Positions 1-13,353 of a stretch of DNA of 64,000 nt are shown here, one piece after another. The stretch spans positions 62,001-126,000 of the forward strand of contig NIVC01001541.1 of NCBI GenBank assembly GCA_002269645.1, in the 5' to 3' direction. This DNA comes from Macrostomum lignano. Lineage: Eukaryota. Each line of letters opens with the position of its first letter. Position 1 is the first letter of the stretch. The translations under genes and the position numbers were made by a program. A model generated the notes under the pieces. It searched no databases. It worked only from the letters and a program-made list of their open reading frames with translations, and was not told where the DNA came from.

Positions 1-127
1 ACCTGGCACGGGAAATTTCTTATCGGACACTACTTTTTCACCTGAATACTAAGGAAAGGAACATAGCTAGTCGTCAGTAAAACTGGGCATATTTTTGCCG
101 ATTCAAACAAACTTTGCCTTCCCTCAG

Positions 128-3100
128 ACATGCACCTGGAGAGGAACATCATCATGCAGGCCGTCTACCCGAAAATGAAAGATTTCTGTCGAGAAAAGTA
201 CGGCTTGGAATTCCAGGCAAGGCGGTTCGCTTTGGTTGTCTTTGTTAAAAATATCAGTAAATAATTTCACTGTATATACAATTCACCTACTGCAAGTAGC
301 AACAGACGCCATGACGCTAAAATAATTCTAAAATCACCGGGAAACCGATGTGCAGATTGCGGACATGCGCTGGGGCATCCAGGAGGGGGCCGCCCTCGAC
401 CACATGGCCACCGAGATTTGCCTGGCCGAGATTGGCACCTGCATGCGGATGTCCGTGGGGCCCTACTTTCTGGTGAGTCACGTGACTGAGTCTAAGGATC
501 GCATGATTGGGCCTACTGAGTAGGTGACTGAGTTTAAGCATCAGGTGATTGAGATCAATGATCAAGTTGCTGAGCTGTATGATGAGGTGACTGAGTTTGG
601 AAATCAGGTGACGTGACTGAGTTTCAAGGATCAGGTGGCTATCGTTTATCATCAGAAATTTCTATCGTCAGAAATCCACAGAATATCCATGGAATTTTCA
701 CGGATTTTCCCTGCTATTCTCTGCAGGCCATCCTGGGTGATCGCTACGGCAGCCGCGAGCTGCCCAGGCGCATCAGCCAGCGCCAGTTCCGAGCTGTGGC
801 TGGCGCGGCAGAGGCGACTCCATCGGTTGCTGAGCTGCTGCGCTTCTGGTATCTGGAGGACTCCAACTGCCAGCCGCCTGTATGGGAGCTGCGGCCGCTG
901 ACCAACGCTGAGCTGGCTGACAGGTGCTCGCTGACGTCATATAGCTGACCCACCTGACTGACATGGCTGACCCACCTGACTCATGGCTGATCCAGCTGAC
1001 TTAAATTACTCAACTGACCCAGCTGAGCCAGAACTGACCCAGAACTGACCCAGATCTGACCCAGAACTGACCCAGAACTGATGACCCAGCTGACCCAGAA
1101 CTGACCCAGAGCTGACCCAGAACTGATGACCCAGCTGACCCAGAGCTGACCCAGAACTGACCCAGAACTGACCCAGCTGACCCAGAGCTGACCCAGAACT
1201 GATGACCCAGCTGACCCAGAGCTGACCCAGAGCTGACCCAGAACTGACCCAGCTGACCCAGAGCTGACCCAGAACTGATGACCCAGCTGACCCAGAGCTG
1301 ACCCAGAGCTGACCCAGAACTGACCCAGCTGACCCAGAGCTGACCCAGAACTGACCCAGCTGACCCAGAGCTGACCCAGAACTGATGACCCAGCTGACCC
1401 AGAACTGACCCAGAGCTGACCCAGAACTGACCCAGCTGACCCAGAGCTGACCCAGAACTGATGACCCAGCTGACCCAGAACTGACCCAGAACTGACCCAG
1501 CTGACCCAGAGCTGACCCAGAACTGACCCAGCTGACCTAAAACTGACCCAGAACTGACCCAGAGCTGATGCAGAGCCCCCCGAACTGCAGGTGGCGAGCG
1601 GAAGCTCCAATTCTTCGATCCGGCGTCCGCCACTGCCTGCCCGTTGCCATGGAAACGCCCTGGCAGCTGAGCGCTGAGGAGGCAACGCCGTTCACGGCCT
1701 CGGTGACCCACCTGGAGCTGCTGGCGGGGCTGGCCGGGGCTCCAGAGAGTCGCCGCCGAGACGCCCTGCTGCTCAGACGGGAGCTGCTGGACACCGACGC
1801 CGCCAGCGAGTCGCCCGAAGGCGCCGACGCCCGCAGCGCCCTGGAGCGGCTGAAGCGCAGCGACCTGCCGGCGCTGCTGCCGGTGGCCAACGCCGTCACC
1901 GTGCGGACTGGCCGGGCGGAGCTCCGGGATGTCGCGGCAGGCGGCGGCCGCTACGCCGCCCGCTTCGAGGCCGCGGTGGAGAGGCAGCTGCAGCGGCTGG
2001 TTGCGCGGGCCGTCGCCGAAGGCGAGAAGTCGGCGGGGCCGCAGGCGGACGACCGACTGTACGCGGAGGTGCTGCACCACGCCTGCCTGTGCCGGGACCG
2101 CGGCGGTGGTGGCGGCAGCGGCGATGAGGACTCGAGCGCAGAGGACTTCGCCGGCCGAGATGAGGCTCTGGAGAGGCTGCGGCGGTACCTGGCGGACAGC
2201 GACAGCGAAGAGGAGGAGGAGGAGGATGATGACGGGTCGTCGCGACGCCGGCGGAGGCGTGGGCGGCCGCCGCTGGTGCTGCACGGCAGGTCGGGCAGCG
2301 GCAAGTCGGCGCTGCTGGCCAGAGCGGCGTGGCTGCTGCGCTGCCGCTGGTGGCCGGGCCGGAGGCGGCCGCTGCTGCTGCTGCTGCGCTTCCTCGGCAC
2401 CAGCGTCGCTTCGTCCGGCCTGGCCCAGACTCTGCGCCTCATCCTGGCACAGCTCTCGGCCTGCCTCGGCGACTCGGACGGTGCCGGCGGTGGCTCCGGT
2501 GTCCCTGTCAGCCGCCTGTCCGCCTCGATGTTCGCCGCGCTGCAGCGGGCGGGTGGCGCCAGGCGGAGGCGGCGGGTGGCGCTGCTGCTGGACGCGGCGG
2601 ACCAGCTGGAGGCCGCGCAGCCCTCTGAGGTCGTGTCGGCGCTGCTGCGGGCGGAGCTGCCGCGGGGAGTCCGACTGGTCGTGTCCGTGATGTCCGACGA
2701 AGGCAGCGGATGCGGCCTGCTGGAGGAGTGCCGGCGGTTGCTGCTGCCGCGCTGGGGTGAAGAGGCCTTTCTGAGGGTGAGTTCACACTTGATGTCACTC
2801 CTCACTCCTGAACTCACTCGTGAACTCACTCATGAACTCACTCGTGAACTCACTCATGAACTCACTCATGAACTCACTCGTGAACTCACTCATGAACTCA
2901 CTCGTGAACTCACTCATGAACTCACTCATGAACTCACTCATGAACTCACTCATGAACTCACTCGTGAACTCACTCATGAACTCACTCGTGAACTCACTCA
3001 TGAACTCACTCATGAACTCACTCCTGAACTCACTCATGAACTCACTCATGAACTCACTCCTGAACTCACTCATGAACTCACTCATGAACTCACTCCTGAA

Positions 3101-6100
3101 CTCACTCATGAACTCACTCCTGAACTCACCGCAGGTGGACCCCCTGCAGCCAGAGCAGTGCTGCCAGCTGATCCGCCGCGGACTGCTGGCTGGTGACGGC
3201 AGCCGCACGCTGACCCCGGAACAGTGGCGGGAGCTGCGGCAGGTGTTCAGCTCCGGCTGCTGCCTGCCGCTGTTCGCCAGCCTCCTGCTTGATGAGGCTC
3301 GGCGATGGCGCTCGCACACGGCCGTGTCAGCGGAGCGACTGGCCCGCACTGTGCGGCAGGCCATCTGGAAGCTGTTCGACCAGCTGGAGAGGATCCACGG
3401 CTCCGCGCTGGTGACCAGCTGCCTGGCCTGCCTCACCGCGGCCCGCTCCGGCGGCCTGTCGGAGGCTGAGCTGGAGGAACTGCTGTCCCTGGACAACCGC
3501 GCTCTGGCCGAGGTGAGAGATGGGGATCAGAAATGAGGCTGGGGATTCTGGGAGATGGGGATCAGAGATGAGGCTGGGGATTTTGGGAGATGGGGATCAG
3601 AAATGAGGCTGGGGATTCTGGGAGATGGGGATCAGAGATGAGGCTGGGGATTCTGGGAGATGGGAATCAGACATTATGCTGGAGATTCTGGGAGATGGGG
3701 ATCAGAGATGAGGCTGGGGATTCTGGAAGATGGGGATCAGACATTATGCTGGGGATTCTGGGAGATGGGGATCAGAGATGAGGCTGGGGATTCTGGGAGA
3801 TGGGGATCAGACATTATGCTGGGGATTCTGGAAGGTATCGATCAGAGATGAGGCTGGGGATTCTGGGAGATCGCTTTAAATGAATGCTGACTTCAAAGGG
3901 CATCTCAACTGACGCAATCAATTCCCCCAGGTGTTCGCGCACCACCTGCCACCCCTGGTTCGAATCCCGCCGCTGTGCTGGGCGCGCCTCCGGGCGGACC
4001 TGGGCCACCGGCTGGTGGAGCGCGAGGCGGACGGCAGCGCGGTGCTGGCCTGGCACCACCGCCAGTTCCGGGAGGCCGCTGCCGCGCGCTACCTGCAGGC
4101 AGACGGGGGCGCCAGCGCCGCGCGAGTTCACAGCGCCATGGCCGACTACTTCATGGGCGTCTGGGCCGGCGGCCGGCGCAAGCCCTTTGCCTGCTCTGAT
4201 GCCCTGCGGCGCAAGCTGGAGAGACAGGTGGGTCACTGGTGTGGGTCACTGAGTGGGGGTCACTGGGTGTGGGTCAATGGGTTTGGGTCACTGGTGTGGG
4301 TCACTGAGTGGGGGTCACTGGGTGTCTGGGTGTGGGTCACTGAGTGGGGGTCACTGGGGTCTGGGTGTGGGTCATTGGGTGTGGGTCACTGGGTGTGGGT
4401 CACTGGGTGTGGGTCACTGGGTGTGGGTCACTGGGTGTGGGTCACTGGGTGTGGGTCACTGGGTGTGGGTCACTGGGTGTGGGTCACTAGGTGTCTGTCA
4501 CTGGGTGTGGGTCACTGCGTGTGGGTCAACTGGGTGTGGGTCACTGGGTGTGGGTCACTGGGTGTGGGTCACTGGGTGTGGGTCACTGATTGGGGGCAAC
4601 TGGGTGTGGGTCACTGGGTGTGGGTCACTGGGGTGTGGGTCACTGGGTGTGGTTTACTGGTGTGGGTCACTGATTGGGGGCAACTGGGTGTGGGTCACTG
4701 GGTGTGGGTCACTGGGTGTGGGTCACTGATTGGGGGCAACTGGGTGTGGGTCACTGGGTGTGGGTCACTGGGGTGTGGGTCACTGGGTGTGGTTTACTGG
4801 TGTGGGTCACTGATTGGGGGCAACTGGGTGTGGGTCACTGGGTGTGGGTCACTGGGTGTGGGTCACTGATTGGGGGCAACTGGGTGTGGGTCACTGGGTG
4901 TGGGTCACTGGGTGTGGGTCACTGATTGGGGGCAACTGGGTGTGGGTCACTGAGTGGGGGTCACTGGGGTGTGGGCCACTGGGGTGGGTCATTGGTGTGG
5001 TTCACTGGTGGGGGTCACTAGTGTGGGTCACTGGAAGGTTGCTAATTGGGTCAATGGGTGTGTCACAATGTGAGTCACAAAGTCATCAGAGACCAAGCTG
5101 ATCAACTGCAAGTGATTGAATTTCGCCGGCTCAGTCAGTCCACCGCACCGACTGGCTGAATAAGTTGGTATATTTTGAAGCCGCCATGAACCTTCAGTAG
5201 TAGAGTTTTTTTCACCAACTCAAAAAAACTGTTCGAGTTCGAGCTGTAACCGAGGGGACACCTCAAAAGATGTCAGGCCCGGACAAAGAACTCGCCAGCA
5301 CTGCTGCTGAGGGCCGCAGGCAGCACGGAGTACTCCAGCAGGTGGCACAGGCGCTGAGCACGGCTGTAGATGAACGCCTCGCAGCCGGGGCCGCAGAGGA
5401 CCGCGCAGTCCACCGGACCGCGAGCGATGACGGTGCGGTGGGTCACGGCAGCCGAATCGGTCATGGCGACCAGACCGGGGTCTCCGGGGATGAACAGTTC
5501 GGCTGCAAGGGTTCGAGACCGTCTGCTGTAGGCTTTTGAAAGGCTCACGTGGTTGTTGTCCCGAAAATTCACCTTCCCCCCGAAACTTCACCCATAGAAA
5601 CTTCACCCCCCGAAACTTCACCCATCGAAACTTCACCCCCCGAAAATTCACCATCCCCGAAACTCCCCCCGAAACTTCACCCATCGAAACTTCATCCCCC
5701 GAAACTTCACCCATCGAAACTTCATCCCCCGAAACTTCACCCATCGAAACTTCATCCCCCGAAACTTCATCCCGAAACTTCACCCATCGAAACTTCATCC
5801 CCCGAAACTTCATCCCGAAACTTCATCCCCCGAAACTTCATCCCGAAACTTCACCCATCGAAACTTCACCCCCCGAAAATTCACCATCCCCCCGAAACTT
5901 CACCCATCGAAACTTCATCCCCCGAAACTTCATCCCGAAACTTCACCCCCGAAACTTCACCATTCCCGAAACTCCCCCCGAAACTCCCCCGAAACTCCCC
6001 CCGAAACTGCGCCCCAGAAACTGCACCCCAGAAACTGCACCCCAGAAACTGCACCCCAGAAACTGCACCCCAGAAACTGCACCCCAGAAACTGCACCCCA

Positions 6101-9100
6101 GAAACTGCACCCCAGAAACTGCACCCTAGAAACTGCACCCTAGAAACTGCACCCTAGAAACTGCACCCCAGAAACTGCACCCTAGAAACTGCACCCTAGA
6201 AACTGCACCCCAGAAACTGCACCCCAGAAACTGCACCCTAGAAACTGCACCCTAGAAACTGCACCCTAGAAACTGCACCCCAGAAACTGCACCCCAGAAA
6301 CTGCACCCTAGAAACTGCACCCCAGAAACTGCACCCCAGAAACTGCACCCCAGAAACTGCACCCCAGAAACTGCACCCTAGAAACTGCACCCTAGAAACT
6401 GCACCCCAGAAACTGCACCCCAGAAACTGCACCCTAGAAACTGCACCCTAGAAACTGCACCCCAGAAACTGCACCCTAGAAACTGCACCCTAGAAACTGC
6501 ACCCTAGAAACTGCACCCCAGAAACTGCACCCCAGAAACTGCACCCTAGAAACTGCACCCTAGAAACTGCACCCCAGAAACTGCACCCTAGAAACTGCAC
6601 CCCAGAAACTGCACCCCAGAAACTGCACCCCAGAAACTTCAACCTCTCCCCGAAACTTCACCCCAGCCCATGCCAGCCAGAACTCAACAGTGAGAATAGG
6701 TCAGGCGCAACACTCGATTCCTGAGCTGGCCGCCGCAGTTCTGCCCGGCGTTCCCGAAGCAGCTGTCCGCGCACTCCCCGTCAGGAGCGGCGCCGTAGGT
6801 GCCGTAGGAGTTGCCGCAGCAGCACCAGGCGCCGGCCTGCAGAGCCGCGAACTGGAAGCCGCCCAGAGCACAGATGCTGGCGCACAGCTCTTGAGTCATG
6901 TGGCTGGAGTAGGTCAGGCCCGAATCCGCAGCACTGCTGGCCTGGCTCAAGCCGCTGCTGGCGCCGAGCCGCGTGAGGCCGATGTACTTCAGTCCTTTGA
7001 CGTCCCTGCTGTTGAGCTTGTCAAAGAAGCAGCCGAGGTCCGAGGCCTGGAACTGGCGGCAGAGAGCGGCGCAGATGAGGCAGCTCAGGATCGGAGCGCA
7101 GGAGAGGATGCTGCAGACAGCGGCCATTTCCGATGCAGAAATCCCGAGTCTCTGAAATCGATACACTCGCGGCTTTTAATAATTGCTTTTAGACCTTTTT
7201 AAAAGCCCCGCGTGAAAGGTTTCCAAAGCAAACAGCGCCGCCTTGAGTGCATTATTGAGTGCCCCAGTCAGCTCAGAGATTTCATCCGATTCAATTTTAG
7301 CAAGCCCGCTTTCACGGTCGAAAATATTGGCTGCAGCTGTCTCGGGTTTTTAATTTCTGAAAACATCTATCGATATCCATTTGTCGCAACTCTGCCGCTT
7401 TTGTCTCTGCCTTTCTGTCTCTGCGTGAGCAGCGCCAAATCGATTTTTGCAGTTTTTACGGCTTTCCACCCTACATCTCCCCCTACATCTTACCCTAGAT
7501 CTCAACCTCCATATCACCTTCCATCGCAGCCTCCATCTCAGCCTCGATCCGGGCTTTATCTTAATCTCCATCCTATCTCACCCCAGATCTCAGTCTTCAT
7601 CTCAGCTTCATCTCAGCTTCATCTCAGCTTCATCTCAGCTTCATCTCGGTCTTCATCTCAGCTTCATCTCAGCTTCATCTCAGCTTCATCTCAGCTTCAT
7701 CTCGGTCTTCATCTCAGTTTTATCTCAGCTTCATCTCAGCTTCATCTCAGCTTCATCTCAGCTTCATCTCAGCTTCATCTCAGCTTCATCTCGGTCTTCA
7801 TCTCAGTTTTATCTCAGCCTTCATCTCAGCTTCATCTCAGCTTCATCTCAGCTTCATCTCAGCTTCATCTCGGTCTTCATCTCAGCTTCATCTCAGCTTC
7901 GTCTCAGCCTCTATCTTGCGCCCTCAGCCGGTAGTACCCCCTACCTCACCCTCTATCTCAGTCTCCATCTCACCCACCCTCCGCAGGGCAAGCTGGTGCC
8001 CACCGAGGCGGACCGCCAGGTGCCCCGCCAGCCGTTCGAGTTCTCGCCGGGCCGCTACAACCGGCGCAGCCTGTCGGAGCTGCCGCACCACCTGGTGAAG
8101 TCCGGCCGCTACCGGGAGTTCCTGGCTGAGGTGGCCTTCAACCCCGCCTTCCTGCACAGCCGCCTGCACAGCGGCTCACTGCGCCAGCTGCTGCAGGACC
8201 TCCGCCTGCTGGACTCGGAGGCCGAGGACTTCGAAGACGAGGATGAGGCGCTCTCGCGCAGCCGTCGGGATGTTCAACACCTGCTGGACGCGCTGCGGAT
8301 GTCGGCGCCGAGCCTGCGGCACTGCCGGAGCAGCCTGGGAGTTGACCTGTGCGGCCGCCTGCGGCACCTCGTTGAGGACGGCGAGGCGGCGAGCGAAGGC
8401 GGGGCCGGGATTGCCGGCCTGCTGACCGCCTGGAGGCGAAGGCAGCCGCGCCCGCTGCTGCTGCCGCTGACCGCCTGCTTGGCCCGCACCGGCAACGACG
8501 CCGTGAGGTGCCACTTCGATCTGCCGTCGGGCACCGGCGGCTCCGCTGCAGCCCTGCTGAGCGACGACGGCTGCTGCCTGGTGGCCAGCGGCGGCGTCCA
8601 CTGGCGCGACTTTGACGAGGGCGACCGGCTGGGAGGCGGCGGCGCGGCTTCGCTGCTGACTCGGCGGCCTCCTGATGGAGGTCGCTGGCTGGCTGGGGGA
8701 CCAGCGGCTGCGGCGGCGACGTGCCCGGAGCTCTGCTGCTGCCTGCTGAGCTCGAAGGTTGCTGAAGGGCGGCAGCGACTGCGGCTGTGGCGCTGGGACC
8801 TCCGCGACGGGAGCTGCGAGCCTCTGACTGATGCTGGGAAATGCGAGGTGGGTGTCAGAGTGACAGGGTGACAGGGTGTCAGGGTGTCAGAGTGACAGGG
8901 TGTCAGGTTGACAGGGTGTCAGGGTTTTAGGGTGTCAGGATGACAGGGTGTCAGGGTGGCAGGGTGTCAGGTTGACAGGGTGTCAGGGTTTTAGGGTGTC
9001 AGGATGACAGGGTGTCAGGGTTTTAGGGTGTCAGGATGACAGGGTGTCAGGGTGGCAGGGTGTCAGGGTCGCAGGGTGTCAGGGTGTCAGAGTGACAGGG

Positions 9101-11452
9101 TGTCAGGGTGTCAGGGTGGCAGGGTGTCAGGGTCGCAGGGTGTCAGGGTGGCAGGGTGTCAGGGTGTCAGGGTGGCAGGGTGTCAGGGTCGCAGGGTGTC
9201 AGGGTGGCAGGGTGTCAGGATGTCAGGGTGTCAGGGTTTCAGGGTGTCAGGGTGTCAGGGTGTCAGGGTGTCAGGGTGGCAGGGTGTCAGGGTGGCAGGG
9301 TGTCAGGGTGGCAGGGTGTCAGGGTCGCAGGGAGTCAGGGTGGCAGGGTGTCAGGGTGTCAGGGTGTCAGGGTGTCAGGGTGTCAGGGTGACAGGGTGTC
9401 AGGGTGACAGGGTGACAGGGTGACAGGGTGACAGGGTGTCAGGGTGGCAGGTTGTCAGGGTGACAGGGTGTCAGGGTGTACATCGGCATGTACGCACCCT
9501 GCTCCTGATATGCTGCCCCTCGCAAAGGTTAGTACCAGAAGAACTGAGCCCCACAGAGAGTCCCAAATTAATGGGACTCGAACCCGGTGACGCGATGCGA
9601 ATCCCACCGATCTGCGCCCCCCTTTGCAGGCGCTGGACGGCCTCCCGAGCAGTTTTGCAGCGCCGAACGCCCAGTGCCTTCACTCCGGCCGCAACCTGCT
9701 GCTACTGCGGCCGGCGCTCGGGACGGCGTCCGAGGCGGGCATGCGTTGCTATGCGGTTGTCAAGGCCGAGCCGGCCTCAGTGCTGCTCATCATCTCGCAG
9801 CCCGGGCTCTGCGTCTCCTGCGGTGGCGGGGGCAACTTCCTGTTCTTCCGCGGCTGCCCGGTCGGGGAGGAATCTGCTGCTCCAACTCTGCTGCTTCTGG
9901 AAGCAGAAGAAGCCATGAAGCTGCTGCGGATGCCTGAAGCTCCGGCGGCTGCTGAGGCAGAGGCAGTGGCGGCGACCGGCTGTCATCTGCTCCTGGCAGC
10001 AGCAGACAGGAGCGCCGGGCCGCGGCTGACCCTTCGGCTGCATCGAGTCTCTCAGGGAGGCTGCCAGCTCATCTCAGAGGCTGCTCAAGCCGCGGACCTC
10101 CCCGCTGCCGGCTCCCCGGAGCTCTTCGCCTGCCTGTCTGAGGACGCTGCGGTTGCTGCCGTGACATTCAAGTGTCCTCCGCTGGGTGGCGCAGCCCTGG
10201 GCTACCTGTGGCGGCCCGGCGGCCCCGCCGGTCTCCTGCCGCTGTCCTTGACGGCCTTCCCGAGCTCCGGGCCGCTGCGACTGCTTTCGCCGCCGCTGCT
10301 CAGCGCAGGCGGGGAGCGGCTGCTGGCTGTCTGGGAGGCCGCGCCATCCGCCTGCGGCCTGGCGCTCTGGCTGACTGCCAGCAGCGGCGGCACCCCAGTG
10401 ACCCGCCTAGCCCTGCCGCCGGGAACTGGCATCGCCGGGCTGAGGGGCGACCACCTGCTGCTGTTTGACCGCCGCCGCTGCCACTTCCAGGTGCTCAGTT
10501 TGGAGCGGCTTCAGCAGTGCGGCGGTGCCGATGATGTCGAAAGCGCTGAGCCGCCGGTGTTCCTGGTGGACCCCGGCGGTGACCGCCTGCTGGTGGCGGC
10601 GGGAGGCGGCGGCCGGTGCTCAGCTGTGGATCTCGATAGCGGCGCCGCGGGCCCGGCCGAGCCCGGAGCTCTGGAAGCCGCGCTGCGGCGCCACCGACTG
10701 CAGCCGCTGGTGCCGCTGCCGGCCTCCCTGGCCTCGGCTGCCCCAACATTTGGCCTCGGGCTGGAGCTCGACCTGGAACCTGCAGTCGACCGGGAGGTCA
10801 CCGCCGCGGACATCTCTGAGGCTCTGCGGGAAGGCATCGCCTGCCCGGACCACCCGCTGAGCTCCCCAGCCTCCGCCTTGGCCTCATCAGTCGGAGCTCT
10901 CGCCCTGCTGCCGGCCGGGCGGGCTTCCCCGCTGCTCCTCCTGCTGCCGCTGCGGCCTCCCTGCGCCCCGCTGTTTCTTAGAATCGACCCGAGCTCCTCC
11001 GACTGCGGGCGGGCGCGAGCGGTCGGCAGGCTGCCGGCGCCGCGGGCCGGCCGGGACCTCCTGCTGGGCCCCGGCAGCGCCAGGCGAGCCGCCGCAGCCG
11101 CCGGCCTTGCCAAGGCGGTGCGGAACTGCGACGAGATGATGACGGAGGCTGGCGGACTGCCGGACGCACCCGTCGACCCCGACGGCGAAGACTGCGGCGG
11201 CGACGAGGAGGGCGAGGATTCTGAGAGGCGAGCGGCCGCGAAGGTGATGAAGGAGTTTCTGCTGAGCGCCCTGGAGTCGCTGGCCAAGAACAAAGGTGGG
11301 TGCAAGAGTCTGGGGACTAATTAGACGGCGAGGATATCCCTGCCTGCTGCTTCTTTACTAACTGATTGGTTGTCCCATTGGTTGATAATTGGTTGGTTTA
11401 TTGATTGATTGATTGATTGACTGACTGATTGATTGATTGATTGATGGACTGG

Positions 11453-11495
<43 letters not shown>

Positions 11496-12703
11496 GTTGA
11501 AGGCCAACTGACTAATGCGGAGACAGTATTATTTGAGTTTATTATAAACAGCAAAGAAGTCGCTACAGCAGCAGCCTGCAGCATCATGGATCACAAAAAT
11601 TTCTGCTGTCAACGCCCCGCAGGCGGCAGCGAGTTCGCCAGCGAGAATCGGGAGCGCCTCTCCACGCTGCTGGTGCACCGTCTCCTGGAAGCAGAGGAGC
11701 AGCAGACGCGGAGGCGGCAGCGCGAAGGGCAGCAGCCAGGCAGGTTCTGCCCGCCTGCGGAGCTGGCGGCCTGCGCGCTGGACGGCTGCGAGTTCGAACC
11801 GCGCCTGTCTCCGGAGGCCGAGTGCCGTCCCGTGGCGGCCTGGTGCCGCGGTGGCCTGCGGGCGGTGGTGCACGCGCGCTGCTCAGCTGAGGAGGTGGCC
11901 GCGGCCGACTGCGAGGACGTCTGCTGGCCGGCCCGGCTGCTGACGGTGAGCTCGGCGGCGGGTTGTGTCTTCGGTTTGTGTCCACTGTCTGGCATCTTGT
12001 GTCTGCAGTTTGTGTCCACTGTCTGGCATCTTGTGTCTGCAGTTTGTGTCCACTGTCTGGCATCAATTGTGTCTGCAGCTTGTGTCCACTGTCTGGCATC
12101 AATTGTGTCTGCAGTTTGTGTCCACTGTCTGGCAGCAATTGTGTCTGCAGCTCGTGTCCACTGTCTGGCATCTTGTGTCTGCAGCTTGTGTCCACTGTCT
12201 GGCATCTTGCGTCTGCAGCTCGTGTCCACTGTCTGGCATCTTGCGTCTGCAGTTGGTGTCCACTGTCTGGCATCTTGTGTCTGCAGATTGTGTCCCCATG
12301 CAAAGAATTGTGTCCAAGTTTCATCGAACTGCGTCCATCTTTTCGCGGCTTCCGGCCAAACTGTGTCCAAGCACCCGTTTCCATGCCGCACCCCAGGTGG
12401 AGCTGCCGGACTGTCACGTGACCAGCATCAGCCGGAGCTTCGACGGCGAGTGGGCGGTCCCACTGCCCGACGGCGCCGCCTGCGTCACGGGCCGGCTGAA
12501 GCTGTTCGACACGGACAGCGGCGAGCTGCTGCGGGACCTGGACTCCTGCGACTCCGTGCGGCTGGGCGGCATCGTGCTGTCTGCGGATGGCCGCCTGCTG
12601 GTGGGAAAAAAGCAGCGGGAGCCGCGGGTTGTGCAGGTGAGGCCGCTCGACAATCAATCATTCAACCAAAAAACCAATTAAACTATCAATCAACCAATCA
12701 ACT

Positions 12704-12738
<35 letters not shown>

Positions 12739-12778
12739 TAATCAGTCAATCAGTCAATCAACCAATCAATCAATCAAC

Positions 12779-12830
<52 letters not shown>

Positions 12831-12870
12831 TAATCAGTCAATCAGTCAATCAACCAATCAATCAATCAAC

Positions 12871-12909
<39 letters not shown>

Positions 12910-12958
12910 CCAATCAATCAACCAATCAATCAATCATTCAATCAATCAACCAATCAAC

Positions 12959-13005
<47 letters not shown>

Positions 13006-13054
13006 CCAATCAATCAATCAATAAACCAATCAATCAACCAATCAATCAATCATT

Positions 13055-13092
<38 letters not shown>

Positions 13093-13114
13093 TTCAATCA
13101 ATCAACCAATCAAC

Positions 13115-13145
<31 letters not shown>

Positions 13146-13154
13146 CCAATCAAC

Positions 13155-13209
<55 letters not shown>

Positions 13210-13310
13210 CCAATCAATCAACCAATCAATCAATCATTCAATCAATCAACCAATCAACCAACCAATCAATCAATCAATCAATCAATCATTCAATCAATCA
13301 ACCAATCAAC

Positions 13311-13353
<43 letters not shown>

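Noticed and set aside
942-5035. Complementarity between the CTGACCCAG intron and the GGGTCACTGGGTGT intron as a circRNA driver
   Set aside because: Only 6-7 contiguous bases pair per unit, far weaker than the (GATT)n/(AATC)n case.
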